DNA of 64,000 nucleotides, from assembly GCA_010093815.1 (NCBI GenBank), contig ML996575.1. One strand, given 5' to 3'. Made by a program: the position numbers and the translations under genes. Numbering within the stretch: position 1 is the first letter of the stretch; every line of letters begins with the position of its first letter. Shown piece by piece: positions 36,523 through 48,251 of this stretch. The notes beneath the pieces were generated by a model. It did not search any database and was not told where the DNA came from. It saw only the letters and a list, made by a program, of their open reading frames with translations. This stretch comes from Pseudovirgaria hyperparasitica (Eukaryota).

Positions 36523-37391
36523 GGGTCAGACGAGGCGCGACATATGATAAATCTATACTTATGATCGGCTTTGTACACTCCACTCCTTTGGTGTTCGTGC
36601 ACTCCGCGATCCCAAGTATAATCACCACATATCGATACGGTTCATGGAAAGCTCCTGGCGAAAGTTGATAGCGATGCCCCTCGTTAGTCAACGGCAACAT
36701 GAACATCCCTGATGCTCTGACGTAGAATTCCGGATTGCGACATTGATGCTAGTCGATCACGTCAACCGGCCATTGATACACCATGCATCACGGCACATAG
36801 TTGCCTTATCATTCGAGTATCCGCGTTATACCGTTACATCAACCATCCCGCACTGTGTCTACGACATTGCACAGCTCGCGGCACAGCAATTCCTATGCGT
36901 GCTGTTTCACTTTCGGATCGGAAGCAGACTCTGGCTATTTCGGTCCTTATAGTGCATACTGTTAGAGTTGCGCAGAGCCCATTTCTGATAATCATGCCAA
37001 GGTACATTAGAGAATCTCCAAACATTGACTGTCCTATCTGCCTAGGTGTGTTGAATTCGTGTGTCTGTCCAAAGTTGGTATTGCTTAAGCAGAAAGTTAT
37101 GAATGCTCCTGCAAGATCTGAGCTCTGATGGGTATGTGTAGATGATTTTTGTTACTCTGAATGTGCAGCCGGAGGTCGACGCTAGTGATGCTGAAACATG
37201 GATTCATCTAGCGCTTGCAAAGGTGTTCCCTTTTGGCAGCATTTGTTACATTGTCCAAAGATACGATCACCGCGCGCCAAGGCCCGCGCGCTTCACAGGG
37301 TCTTCCCTGGTGGCTGACTGTGATGGATCAACTAACTCAAGCCCCACTTCCCTAGAGTGCCGATCCATCATTCCATGATTCCTCACAACGC

Positions 37392-38435
37392 ATGAGTTTA
37401 CCAGATATTCCCCCAGTGCCTCAAGTTTCGGCCTGTGGCCATCGACCCATAGAGACGGAACTCTGCAATGACGCTGCCCAAATTGGAGATCTCGTTCAAG
37501 TTAGAAAGCTTGTTCAGCAAGTCCTCCATAGCGATGGCTCGTCATATGGAAATCTCCAGCCTAGACCCGAATGGTTTCGCAGTTCCGTCGCCACTGCTAT
37601 TGAGCAGCATGAACTCAACATAGTAGAGTACCTCGTCCATGAAAATGTCGTCACTCCAGATGATCAATATTTTGTGGAGCTCGCCGTACGTTGCCAGACG
37701 TTTGATATCCTGGAGCTCTTCCTGCAGCGAGGATGGGATATCAATAAACCTCTGCATCGTAACCAGCCACCAGTATTATGGTATGAGCGTTCCTAATATA
37801 ATCCCTTAGTCATGCTCCATGTCTCATTATTAGGGTTTGCTAACTTCTCGTGGGGCAGGATTCCCCTCTGTGACGGACAGAAGCAGATGGTCAAATGGCT
37901 GCTAGATCACGGCGCAGACCCGAACGCGCGCTGCGCCTGGAACTACACGCCAGCATCACAAGCTATGTTATGCGCACCTCTAGACCTCATTGATTACATG
38001 TTCAGTCGTGGAGCTGATGTTGCCTACGGCGAACTATTACAATGGGCTGTCATTAGAGATAGGCCGGACGCTTTGGAAGTAGTGAAGCGGGTTGTGGAAC
38101 GTGGTGCACCAATAAATAAGCTCAAGTATGAAGATGAACCTGCAGTGTTCCTTGAGAGGAAGATCTTTGGCTTAGGAACACCTTTACATCGTGCAGCAGA
38201 GGACGGGAAAGCGGATGTCGTACGCTACTTGCTCGAGCAAGGTGCCGACCCTTTGAAGCTGGATAGTAAAGGGCATACGGCACGGTACTGGGCTGACCTG
38301 AATGGACATCCGTCCGTAGGCATTCAGCTTATACACGCAGAAGATCAATGGTTTCCCCGTCTACAACGGAGAGACTCAAGCTTAGATATGCATGGAACCA
38401 TCACGACTGTATATGAGGACATGGTCTATCGGTAG
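37392..38435 (+). CDS. Ankyrin-repeat protein; intron 37781-37858
   Basis: Repeats LFLQRGWDIN, WLLDHGADPN and GTPLHRAAEDGKADVVRYLLEQGADP. The intron joins the two ORFs in frame. Confidence 0.85.
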
Positions 38436-38974
38436 CTCGAATGGCACGAGCTTTGGAGGTAAATAATCACTGCAGAAGCTGTCGTAGGCTTCATGACATG
38501 ATAAAACGACCATATAAACGGTAACGACAGACCTTACAAGGCTATCATGTGCTTCCTCTAGCCAGTAGTCAGTCAGGCTGTTAATGTGCCAATACTGTCC
38601 AATAGAGAGGCGGAGTGTTGCAGGTTGTACCACCGCAGCTGGTAGGGTCGTCCGCTTCCTTATAGTTTTATACATATGTCGAGGGTTTGGGGCAGGTGTA
38701 TGTCTGTACGAATTGGGATTTGATGTGCCTGCATACGTAGAACGTCGTAGTTGAGTCGCACACCCTAAGACTCATTGCTGAACAAGAGAGGCTCTCTAAT
38801 TACTGTCAGGTCTACCTTACTGTTAGAGTTACCTTGCTAGCTTGTGTGTACTTATGGCGAGATTATAAGTGTGAAGGTGAGCGCGCAAGTTGATAGCAGC
38901 CCTATTATAAGTCTTGACAGGCGATGGCGATAGGTACTGACCCTCTGTAAGGGAAAAGTGACCAGCAACGCTTC

Positions 38975-39609
38975 ATGGCTGTCAAATTCTTCATTCCGCC
39001 CTGCTTTCATGAGCGGCCTCATTATCATCATCCTTCACCCCCAGAGGAGGCACTAAGACTAGAGATACAGGGACCACTAGAGTCCATACAGAAGCTTCTT
39101 CCTGACATATCCTGGCACCCAATTGTGGACTTTCCTCAGCCAGGAGGGCGGGCTCTTGCAAGCCTTATACACCAGGCATTATATTGAAAGAGTGACCCCT
39201 CTCAAGGTGATCCGCCTGTACGAAATGAATATTTGGCATGGGCAATGAACGGAAAGCGGCCATTAGAGTAAGTAGTATTACTACTACTAGAAGGCGCTGT
39301 AATGCTATGGGATTAATGTATAGCCATAGCTACATTGACTACTACGGAGTTACCTTCGACCATCTCGTCCCAGCCGATGAGTCAAACCCTAAAGTGCTGG
39401 CTATCAGTATTATTAAAGTAGACGATGATGGAGGCTCTTTTGCCAACAAGCACCTCTTATTCTCGGTGGATCCGACAGAATACACTGGGAAGAAAGTGCT
39501 CGCTGTACCAAGATGTTGCCAGCGTAAGAAAGGCACGCAGGATCAAAGAAGAATAAACGACGAGGTAGTTGAGAGGGACAACAAGATACGGCAGGCAGAT
39601 AATGTATAA
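38975..39609 (+). pseudogene. Fungal hypothetical protein with an in-frame stop (TGA 39185-39187) and one intron
   Basis: The frame continues past the stop (KSDPSQGDPPVRNEYLAW). After a GTAAGT intron it reads YIDYYGVTFDHLVP...KKVLAVPRCCQRKKG. The surrounding DNA is TpA-rich. Confidence 0.6.
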
Positions 39610-40113
39610 TGTGGGCAGGTGCAAGGATAGCGAGAATGATGCTGATGCAGGAGGAACATTAGGTAGAAACTGGTATCACATAATTTCTAATTAACAATAT
39701 CACAGGTCGCAGCCTGCGCGAGCCTGAGCGAGTCATTTTTGAACCCTCTACTAGTACAGGTGTACCACTAGTGCTCCATGGAAAAGGTTGAAATGTCTGT
39801 AGCTGCCATAAGTCAAAGCAACATTGGCACAATACTCCCTGCCTAGTAAAGACATGAGGTATAGGTCCAGCGGCACGCGGACTGTATTGATTCCGTGCGA
39901 ATATGCTCTCGGATTCACTCACGGGCAATCAATTAGCTCCCAGACGACTAGCCTATACCATTCTAGCTAATCTTCCATAAATCTTCCCTGGGAGGTAGTG
40001 TATATGAGATGAGCTTCAAGTCTGAGAATGTACTGTGCCCCTGCAGATTGAGAATTCTCCCTTTCCAGAGGCTCAGTCATACACTGCAGCATGGCTGAGA
40101 CTCTTCTTCATAC

Positions 40114-41107
40114 TCATTCCTTCAATACCTGCCCCAATGCCACAGCAACCTCTTCTGCACTCTTCAGTCCCCCCGCTCCATCCACCTCAGAAACTCCCTC
40201 AAAGACCCTCGCAATCTCTCCAAACACCCTTGCCCTATCTCCCCAACCCCCTTCCTCCGCATGCGCCTTCCCAATCTCCTCCATTTCACCCACCCACCTC
40301 CCTGCCTTGCTCGTACACCCGACAATTCCCCTTTCAGCCCTATCCCTCACTCCAGGTACATAGTCATCCAAATGCCTCTGCAACTCAGGCAACACGCCAG
40401 CACGAGACGCAGTCGTATAGCTCTGCAACGCAAGCGCAGTGAAGCCCTTCGTCAATGTCGCAAAGGTGAGCTTCAGGGTACTGGCTGTGCCGATCGCATC
40501 GCCGAGGTACGTCGTATTAAGAGCCATAGCAAGAGAGTCACCGTGGACCGGGGCACTGGTGAGAGGGGGTCCCGAAAGAGGTATGCTAGGACGCTTCCAG
40601 ACGTTTGCGTCTACGAGACTGCCGTCAGCCGGGGGAGTTGGTGGGTTGCCGATGATGCCACCGTCAATGAATACTATATCGGGTGCTTCTTTGTTGAAGA
40701 TGGATGCGATGCTTCGAGCGGTGTGTGGCGAAATAGCGTTCAGATCGAGATAGTACAGTGGATGAGACTTGCCAGCGCGCAGACTGGGGTCTGATGCATA
40801 CGCTGATACGAGACGTTGAGCGGTGGAAAGGGCGTCTGCGGGCGGCAAGATGGAGAGGACGTAATCAGATTGGGATATAACAGTAGCATCATTCTCGAGC
40901 GGTGTGATATTTGCGGACTGAGCGCGACGACGAGTTGCTTCGCTAGATATACGTCTGTAAGAGTCCTCTCACTGGAACGTCCGAGAGATGAAGAGTGCTC
41001 TACCTGCGGCCCTGAAGACTGGTCAACACTTTGTGGCCTTGCGTCTGTAGTACTTTTGCAATGCCAAGCCCCATGGCGCCAATTGAGATTACGGTTACGC
41101 TTGCCAT
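40114..41107 (-). CDS. 6-phosphogluconate/3-hydroxyisobutyrate dehydrogenase-like protein (NAD-binding + DUF1932-type C-terminus); one intron
   Basis: MASVTVISIGAMGLG Rossmann motif, YLDLNAISP, IDGGIIG, ASTLKLTFATLTKG, KAGRWVGEMEEI. Confidence 0.88.
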
Positions 41108-41609
41108 TGCTATTGGAAAAATGTGAATAGCCCTGCTTTGGTGTTGAGATGAATCGCGGGGTACAAAATAGCTATGTGTTGGATGTCGAAAAGAGCTTTG
41201 CTCGACCAGGATATGGCAGCGATAGGTGTAATTATTGTGGATCCATCGATAACATCAACGTAGCCGCATGTCATGTTATACGTCAAGTGGTGGGCCCCAT
41301 AGCTGGAGACGTGCTCTTCAAATGAGTCGTTCGTACGCAAACAGATAATGAGTACTATGGAGCGACAGTGTTGTGGCCGTAAACGAAGATGCCAGGCTGC
41401 GACGAGACCACCCAGCCAAGGGAATGCTAATAACATGCTCTTGTATGATATATGGGAGCACAAGGCCTATTATGGACCTTATAGCTTTCCAAAACGACTG
41501 TTTCCTGTGCTTGACACCGCCCAAGAACCACACGAACGCCACGCTTGAGCATCAAGCAAATGCAAAGTGACTAGAAACTATTATTACAATCGGAAGGATG
41601 GCATAACTC

Positions 41610-43360
41610 TTACTGATGCACTGCTTTCCCTGCATTCACAATTGTTTGCTCGTCGATGCGTTCTTCTGAGCCTGTAGGATACTCCACGCGCTTCCATGTC
41701 GTGATACGAGCATCAGCAGTATCAATCTCAAACACTCGAACGCGGCGGATGTATCCATCGTATCCACCATATCCTCCGAATCCACTGCCACCGGCGTAAC
41801 ACATCCAAAGTTGCGGGTTACGCTCCTGATCATGAGATATGGCGCAGTATTCGTTAGCGTGATCATGGCCACAACTCAACACACTGATACCCTGTTCAAC
41901 CAGGGCATTCTTGAAATGCGAGTTGAATGCGGGTGCAGTGACCCCTTCTCTGACCATGCCAACTACCTCGTTCTCCGGATCAATATACTCAGGCAGCGGA
42001 ATGTGGATAAAAGCCATGTCTAGATGAATATGCGTATAGTGCGTGTGCGTTTCAGACTTCGACAGTGCAGTAGCAGTGTCTTTGAACCATGAAATCTGAT
42101 TTGGTTTGATCCAATCGTAGCCTTCAAAATTGCGCTCGTCCGGTGAATAGCCATGTGAGTCAACGAAGTAAAGTGTCAGTGCAGAGTGTCTTCCGCTGCC
42201 ATGTACTAGGACCTCGACATAGTAGTTGCCAACACCATCAATATCACTAGGACCAGCCTCGCTGACCGAGTACGGTAGCGTTTCGGTGAGAGCCATCATA
42301 GAAGCGCGGTTGAGTGATCCTTCATCGTCGTGGTTTCCATAGATTGTTGCATAAGGTATTTGGCGCTTGATAACAAGTTCAGCAAATTTGAATATGGCCT
42401 AAGGTAAGTCAATGGACAGGTCATTTTCAAATATTCATGGTAGACTTACGGTCTGTGAATCTGGAGCAGTGTCGCCGTTTACTTGGTCTCCAGAAAAGAC
42501 CACCATGTCAGGCTTTTCATCGTCCAGCATCTTTCCCACAAATTCCAACGTCCTGGGATCAGCTTCACACTTGCCTCCGTGGTAACCAGCCGGTTCTGGC
42601 TCTCTGCAGGCACCTACACCAGTGCTGAGATGGAGATCGGAGACTTGCAAAATCTTGAACTTGCCATCTTTGCGAATGCGTGGTTGTGCTGGCTCCATCT
42701 TATGTGGCTTCCCTCGTCGTATGCTCAGTTTAGGCTCTAGTCCGGCCGTTATACCGTCCATCGCTATTGGAATATCTTTTATTTCCCAGCCAGGTCGAGG
42801 TTCAACGGCATCGGTACCAAAGAGCACGTCAACGGCTGTCACGGCTCTTTTAGAGTCGGACTCATGCTTCTTAACCGACCGCTTGAGCCAGATCTGACCA
42901 GGCCTCAACTCCCACTGAGCACTACTTTCCTCTTTGTCGCCTAGTGTAGGGTTTGTTCGGCCCACCTTGACATCTATCACAACCTTATCATCCTCTGTCA
43001 GATCCTCTTCCCTACTCCTTCGAATATGAACGAAAGCTTTCGTGGGTAACCATCCTTTCTTGAGGTACAGGTCTTTCTCGATGCGATGCCATCGGTCCGG
43101 GTCCAGACGACAACTCGAGATTAGGTTCAGGCCTGAGCAAGACTCAACTGTAATGTCCGTGATAACAAGGCCAGGGTGGTGCGCAGGTAGGTGGCTATGT
43201 ATTGATGCTGGTAGTACCGTATACCGTCGGTCTATGAAGAGGAGGACGAAGATGAAGACGGAAGCAAAGACTAGGAGCTGGATGCCCGTCCGGACCTTTG
43301 CGCCAGTTAGCAACATACTGTAATGATGAGAAGAATGTAACGTACGAGTCTCCGGGTCAT
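41610..43360 (-). CDS. DCR2: Dcr2-like calcineurin-type metallophosphoesterase; 3 exons
   Basis: MTRRL|VRTGIQLL start, KILQVSDLHLSTG, FSGDQ, GNHDDEG, FIHIPLPEY, SCGHDHANEYC, GGSGFGGYGGY. Confidence 0.9.
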
Positions 43361-44082
43361 ATTGAGGTTGAAGGACGCGGGAGATCACTCGATGCGGCAG
43401 CCAAGCACCGTAGATGGTTGGGGTCGTCGCGTTTGCCAGGGGAGAGCTCTTGTGCGGGGAGGGGCGCGCATGGCAAGACTTTGAGAATGATCAGAATCAG
43501 ATAGTAGAGCACAAGATAAAGCGGTCGTCTGCAGAAGCTGTCAAGAGACCAAGAAGCTAGGGACGGAGGGAGATTTTGTTGTGTGATTCGACGTCTGGGG
43601 GGAATTTGGCCGCAGATGGGTCTCCCCTGCATACTAAAAGACGATCGATAATAATCATAGTATAGCTCTGCCGGAATCCGGAGAGCAGTTGAGCTAAGAG
43701 GCTTAAGGCAGTCAGGCAGCAGAGTGTTCGCCTGAGGCATTATTATAACAAGCTAATTAGTGCTGCGGCTTCTGCTCCCTGAGCTACGGCAGCTAATTAA
43801 TTCCTACGGAATCATAAAAAGATACAACGTTTTATCTAGCGCCCGCTAGCGCCCTCACCAAAACCACGACTAAAAATCCACCTTTTCCCTCATAATAAAT
43901 TAACCACGACCTTCATCGAAAATTTATTCCGATAAATCGTGCTCCTGGCTGCGCCGAGTAATTCTATATACTTTTTATATCTTGCAGGCGCGGCGTCGCA
44001 GACGAGTTCTAGTTACAAGCCTCTGGTATCGCGTTTGGTAGCAGCTTGAAAATTCGCACGTCTTAGCCGTGGATTTTCCGGC

Positions 44083-44122
44083 GTGCCTTAGTGCCTTAGT
44101 GCCTTAGTGCCTTAGTGCCTTA
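44083..44122. repeat. Tandem 8-mer (GTGCCTTA)x5
   Basis: Five perfect copies in the divergent intergenic region, ~120 bp upstream of the methyltransferase ATG. Confidence 0.95.
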
Positions 44123-44241
44123 AATTGAGACTGCACGCAGTCTGCCGGCCGCAGGCCACCCTAGTTAGTTATTAAAACTATATACATTTCGTCTCTGCGT
44201 ATTTACTCCCGCAATTTTCATCCCAACACACCTTCACTCGC

Positions 44242-45659
44242 ATGGCATTTACGTTGTGTACACGTCAATCTGGCGTGTACAGCTTCTGCCGTAATGTTTT
44301 GCCTCTGAACTTTCGCCGTCATGCCACTGGCGGCAATGTCTTTGCTGGTACGGTAACACATGCCTGCGAAGAGCTGCAGACTGGAGCATACAGCTAACTT
44401 GACCTATAGACGGTGACACCGTGCTTCTCAAATACTTTCGACGAGGACAAGATGATGCTGAAGTGCTCGTGAAGCTCCGCAAAGGCGGAGAAGTGCACAC
44501 TGGTCGCGGTCGGACGTATCACAACGAACTGATAGGCAAAAGTCCTCGCGACCACCTTAAAAGCAGCAGTGGATCTCGCATTCGTGTGATGGAACCCACG
44601 CTGGCCGACTATTGCAGATTGACTCCGCGGCTCTGTACTCCTGTACGCTCCTTTCAAATTTCTCACACGGGCAGGACCTGTATTGACCACGTCTGATAGA
44701 TATATCCTTGGAGTGCGAATACAATTGTAAGTGCGCTAGATATACATCTACCAGAGATTGGAGACAGCGAGACTCCGCCATTGGAAATACTAGAGTCTGG
44801 GACTGGTCACGGATCCTTGACTCTCCATCTGGCAAGAGCCATACACGGAGCAAATCCACCGCGCCCTCGGGTCCCGTCGAGCTCTACACCGGAGCGCAAC
44901 ATGGAAGATGCTACATACAATGGACATAGTGCTGACGATGTCTTTGAGCACACAATGTCAGAATGGAAGAAGAATAGGCGAGCAGTAATTCACACAGTTG
45001 ACAACCGTCCGAACCACGCAAAGCGGGGAAAAGAGATAGTCCGAGGCTTCCGCCGAGGTTTATATGCTGATAACGTGGAGTTCCATGTAAGCGATGTGAG
45101 CTCGTGGATTACTCGGGAACAAGAGCGGAGGGAGTCTGAAGAACCATTTCTGTCACACGTCGTTCTCGACATGCCATCGGCACAAGCTCATTTATCAACC
45201 ATTGCAAGGGCTCTACGTGTAGACGGCGTGCTTGCTATATTCAATCCCAGCATTACGCAAATTGGAGATTGCGAGAAGCGTATACGGCTGGAGGCACTCC
45301 CCTTGACCCAGGACCAAGTCATCGAACTTGTATCACCGCGGCCATGGGACCTCACGTGTACCGTGCCGAGAAGTATTAGACCGCGAGAATACCCATCGAC
45401 GCAAACTTCGGCTGTCGAAACCGAGACCGTTGATGTGCCTACGGAGGAACTATGCACTGAGGAATCAGTGACCCCTGAAACTGAAAATGCTGGAGATCGC
45501 TCAGCACAATCGGTAATGAATGCCGAGCGCGTTGAACCAGACAGCGTTATGATTTGCCGACCAAAGTTCTATACCGGAAATACCGGCGGGGGATTCCTCG
45601 GGGTCTGGCGGCGGATGCACCTGAGGACAGTCGAGGAAATGACCAAGACACAGGGCTGA
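44242..45659 (+). CDS. tRNA m1A58 methyltransferase catalytic subunit (Gcd14/Trm61 family, probably the mitochondrial paralog); 3 exons
   Basis: Arg-rich, acid-free N-terminus. Motifs PTLADYCRLTPRLCTP|IYP, ILESGTGHGSLTLHL, VVLDMP, FNPSITQI and GGGFLGVW. Confidence 0.88.
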
Positions 45660-46081
45660 TAACTATACGCCACGTAAGAGCAGGACGCTACGGATTATCT
45701 CACCGGTCATGAATCGAGGCATGAGTGAGGTTCCGGTATCCTTGAGGCTGGGATTATCTAGGAGGTTATAGTTACTCGGCGCCCGGTTCGACGACCAACC
45801 TTGAATACATCTCGTGCACAGCCTTGAAGAACTTGAGGCACGCAAAGTGACATTATAACGGGACTCGAGATTGATAGTTGACGTTGCCAGACCGGACTTG
45901 CTCTTCTGACGAACAATTTCACGTCCTGGGCAATATATAGATAACCTTCTAGTAAGGTGAATGCTCCAACAGGATTGAACTTCATCACCGGATCTGAGAG
46001 TCCGGGTGTACCACGTGGCATTGAATAGGCGAAGATCAACATCCGCAATAAATGCTGCTTCGAACATTTTCGGTCAAAACG

Positions 46082-47575
46082 TTAGGTAACAAGGGTGTTC
46101 TTCCATCCTCCTTCTTCGCTAAATATTTTGCCTACCTCTTTCGCGACTTGCAGAAGATGACGGTCATGATATCTGGACACGACCAGCGACAGTCCAATAG
46201 GCATGTCATTCGAGCCCTTGAACCCAGGGACATTTGCAACAGGTACATGCAAAGCCTGTTCCGCATTAGCTATCATGCGATATTGTCTCTATTTAGCACG
46301 CGTGAGAGGGGATAAAACGCACCGTCCACATCGCATTGAAAGCTGCACTGCCTGTACTCTTGAGGCCTACAGGCGCTTCGTCAGGAATGCTCGGCGTAAG
46401 CACAGCATCATACTCAGATGCGATAGCATCGAACTTTGGACGCAGTGTTGCAATCCTGTCAATTGCTTCGACATATTGCTTTCTAGTAATTTTCTCGTCA
46501 TTTTCCGCTACTCCAATAAGAAAGGGGTCGAGCTTGTCTCCGTTAGCGTTGTATTCCGACAGGAAAGTTGTTCGTCCTTCGCCGAAGAGCAGTCTCTTGT
46601 TGGACTTGGGAAAATCATCAAACTCAGGGGGCAGTGTCAATTCAGTGAGCTTCGCACCATGCAGACTTAACAGCTCAAGCCCTCTCGCCAAAGCATCCTG
46701 CGTTCCTCTACCCGCTTGGTCCCATATCTCCGTCTTGCAGAATGCAATCTTGGCGCCCTTGATGTTGAACGTCTCAGGCGATGGCTCATCATCCTTGATC
46801 TCTAGGACGTCCGCGAGCATCTCTAAGTCTTCAACACTGCGGGCGAAGAAACCTAATGTGTCGAGCAATAGCGAGTAGACCTTGAGACCCTCACGCGATA
46901 CAGAATTCCAGGTTGGCTTCAGGGCGTAAACGCCATTAAACGAGGCAGGTCTGATCATGCTTCCGCCTGTTTGAGTCCCTAGAGCGAGAGGGACTTGGAG
47001 GTCGGCAACGGCGGCTCCAGATCCTGACGATGAGCCTCCAGGTGTACGACCTGAGTCGTGTGGATTCGTAGTAGCAGGGCCTTCCGTGGTCGACGCGAAC
47101 TCCGTCGTTGTTGTTTTTCCTATTGCAGGTATAAGTTTGAGTAGCATCGTAAAGGATGAAGGATTACCAAATATTAATGCTCCAGCATTGCGAAGAGTGA
47201 TGACCGGCGCGGCATCGAGCTTTGGAGCATCGTCCTTGTAGATGGTCGAGCCCATTTGAGTGGGCATGTCTATGTTGCATTAGTCTTAGAGTGATACCAA
47301 ATCATGCTGTCTCTGATCGAACCTTTAGTGTAAATGACATCTTTGACACCAATCGCAATCCCGTGCAATGGGCCTCTTCGTGCCTGCGGTACTTGATCGA
47401 GTTTTCGAGCTTCGTCTAACACCAAATCCTCATCAAAGTAAGCCCACGCTTTCACTGTAGCATCTCGAGCTTTCACTCGTGATATAAGCGATCGTGCATA
47501 TTCCTCTACTGTTATATTGTTACTCCTCAGGAGGGATGCAACCTCAGCAGCCGTGAGTTTGTACAGATCCTGCAT
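46082..47575 (-). CDS. Amidase-signature family enzyme (Ser-cisSer-Lys), multi-exon
   Basis: GPLHGIAIGVKD, GKTTTTEFA, TPGGSSSGSGAAVAD, LGTQTGGSMIRPASFNG, MPIGLSLV. Confidence 0.93.
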
Positions 47576-48251
47576 CACGTCAATGACTTATTATGGGAAG
47601 AAAGTAGCGAACTTTGAACGACGCCTGTCTGTTAAGAAATATATATACTTATTGGATGCCTAGTCAGGCTTATCTTAGAAAGCAAGGATGACTGTTGAGA
47701 GTTAAGTCGATCACCCGGGTATGGCGGGTGCTGGAATCCGCATTTACGTAAAGCCTCTCTAAAACTAACCCGTAGGGGGTAACCCTGAGCGCCGAATGTC
47801 TCCTACGGAACATATCCGTATGTCCTTTTAGGACCATTCGAACATGAATGAGTATTTACCTGGACGATTCCAGGACGTGTAGTGGTGGTAGGCGTGATTT
47901 CTGACTGTAATTCTACTGATCACGGATCGCTGTCCGATGCGTCGAACGCAATTCAGGCATGCCGATAAGGGTGGGTCTATGGTTCCATCCCTCGATGCAG
48001 TCAGAATCGAGCGAGATCACTGTTATATATCAATGTACGAGTATTAATCAAGTACACTGCCATGTGAGTGATGTGTGAGATGGGATGGAGCCGCGGAATT
48101 GCCTGAGGTGTCAAGGGGGTGAATCGGGACGCCAAGGTTAGACAAGACCCCGCCCGATCCACTATCCATGTCTCCATGCGCTCGTTCTTTAAGGAGCAAA
48201 TCCCTCTCTATCGAAACAGAAACCCTCTAATCCAGACCGACCTCAACAACC

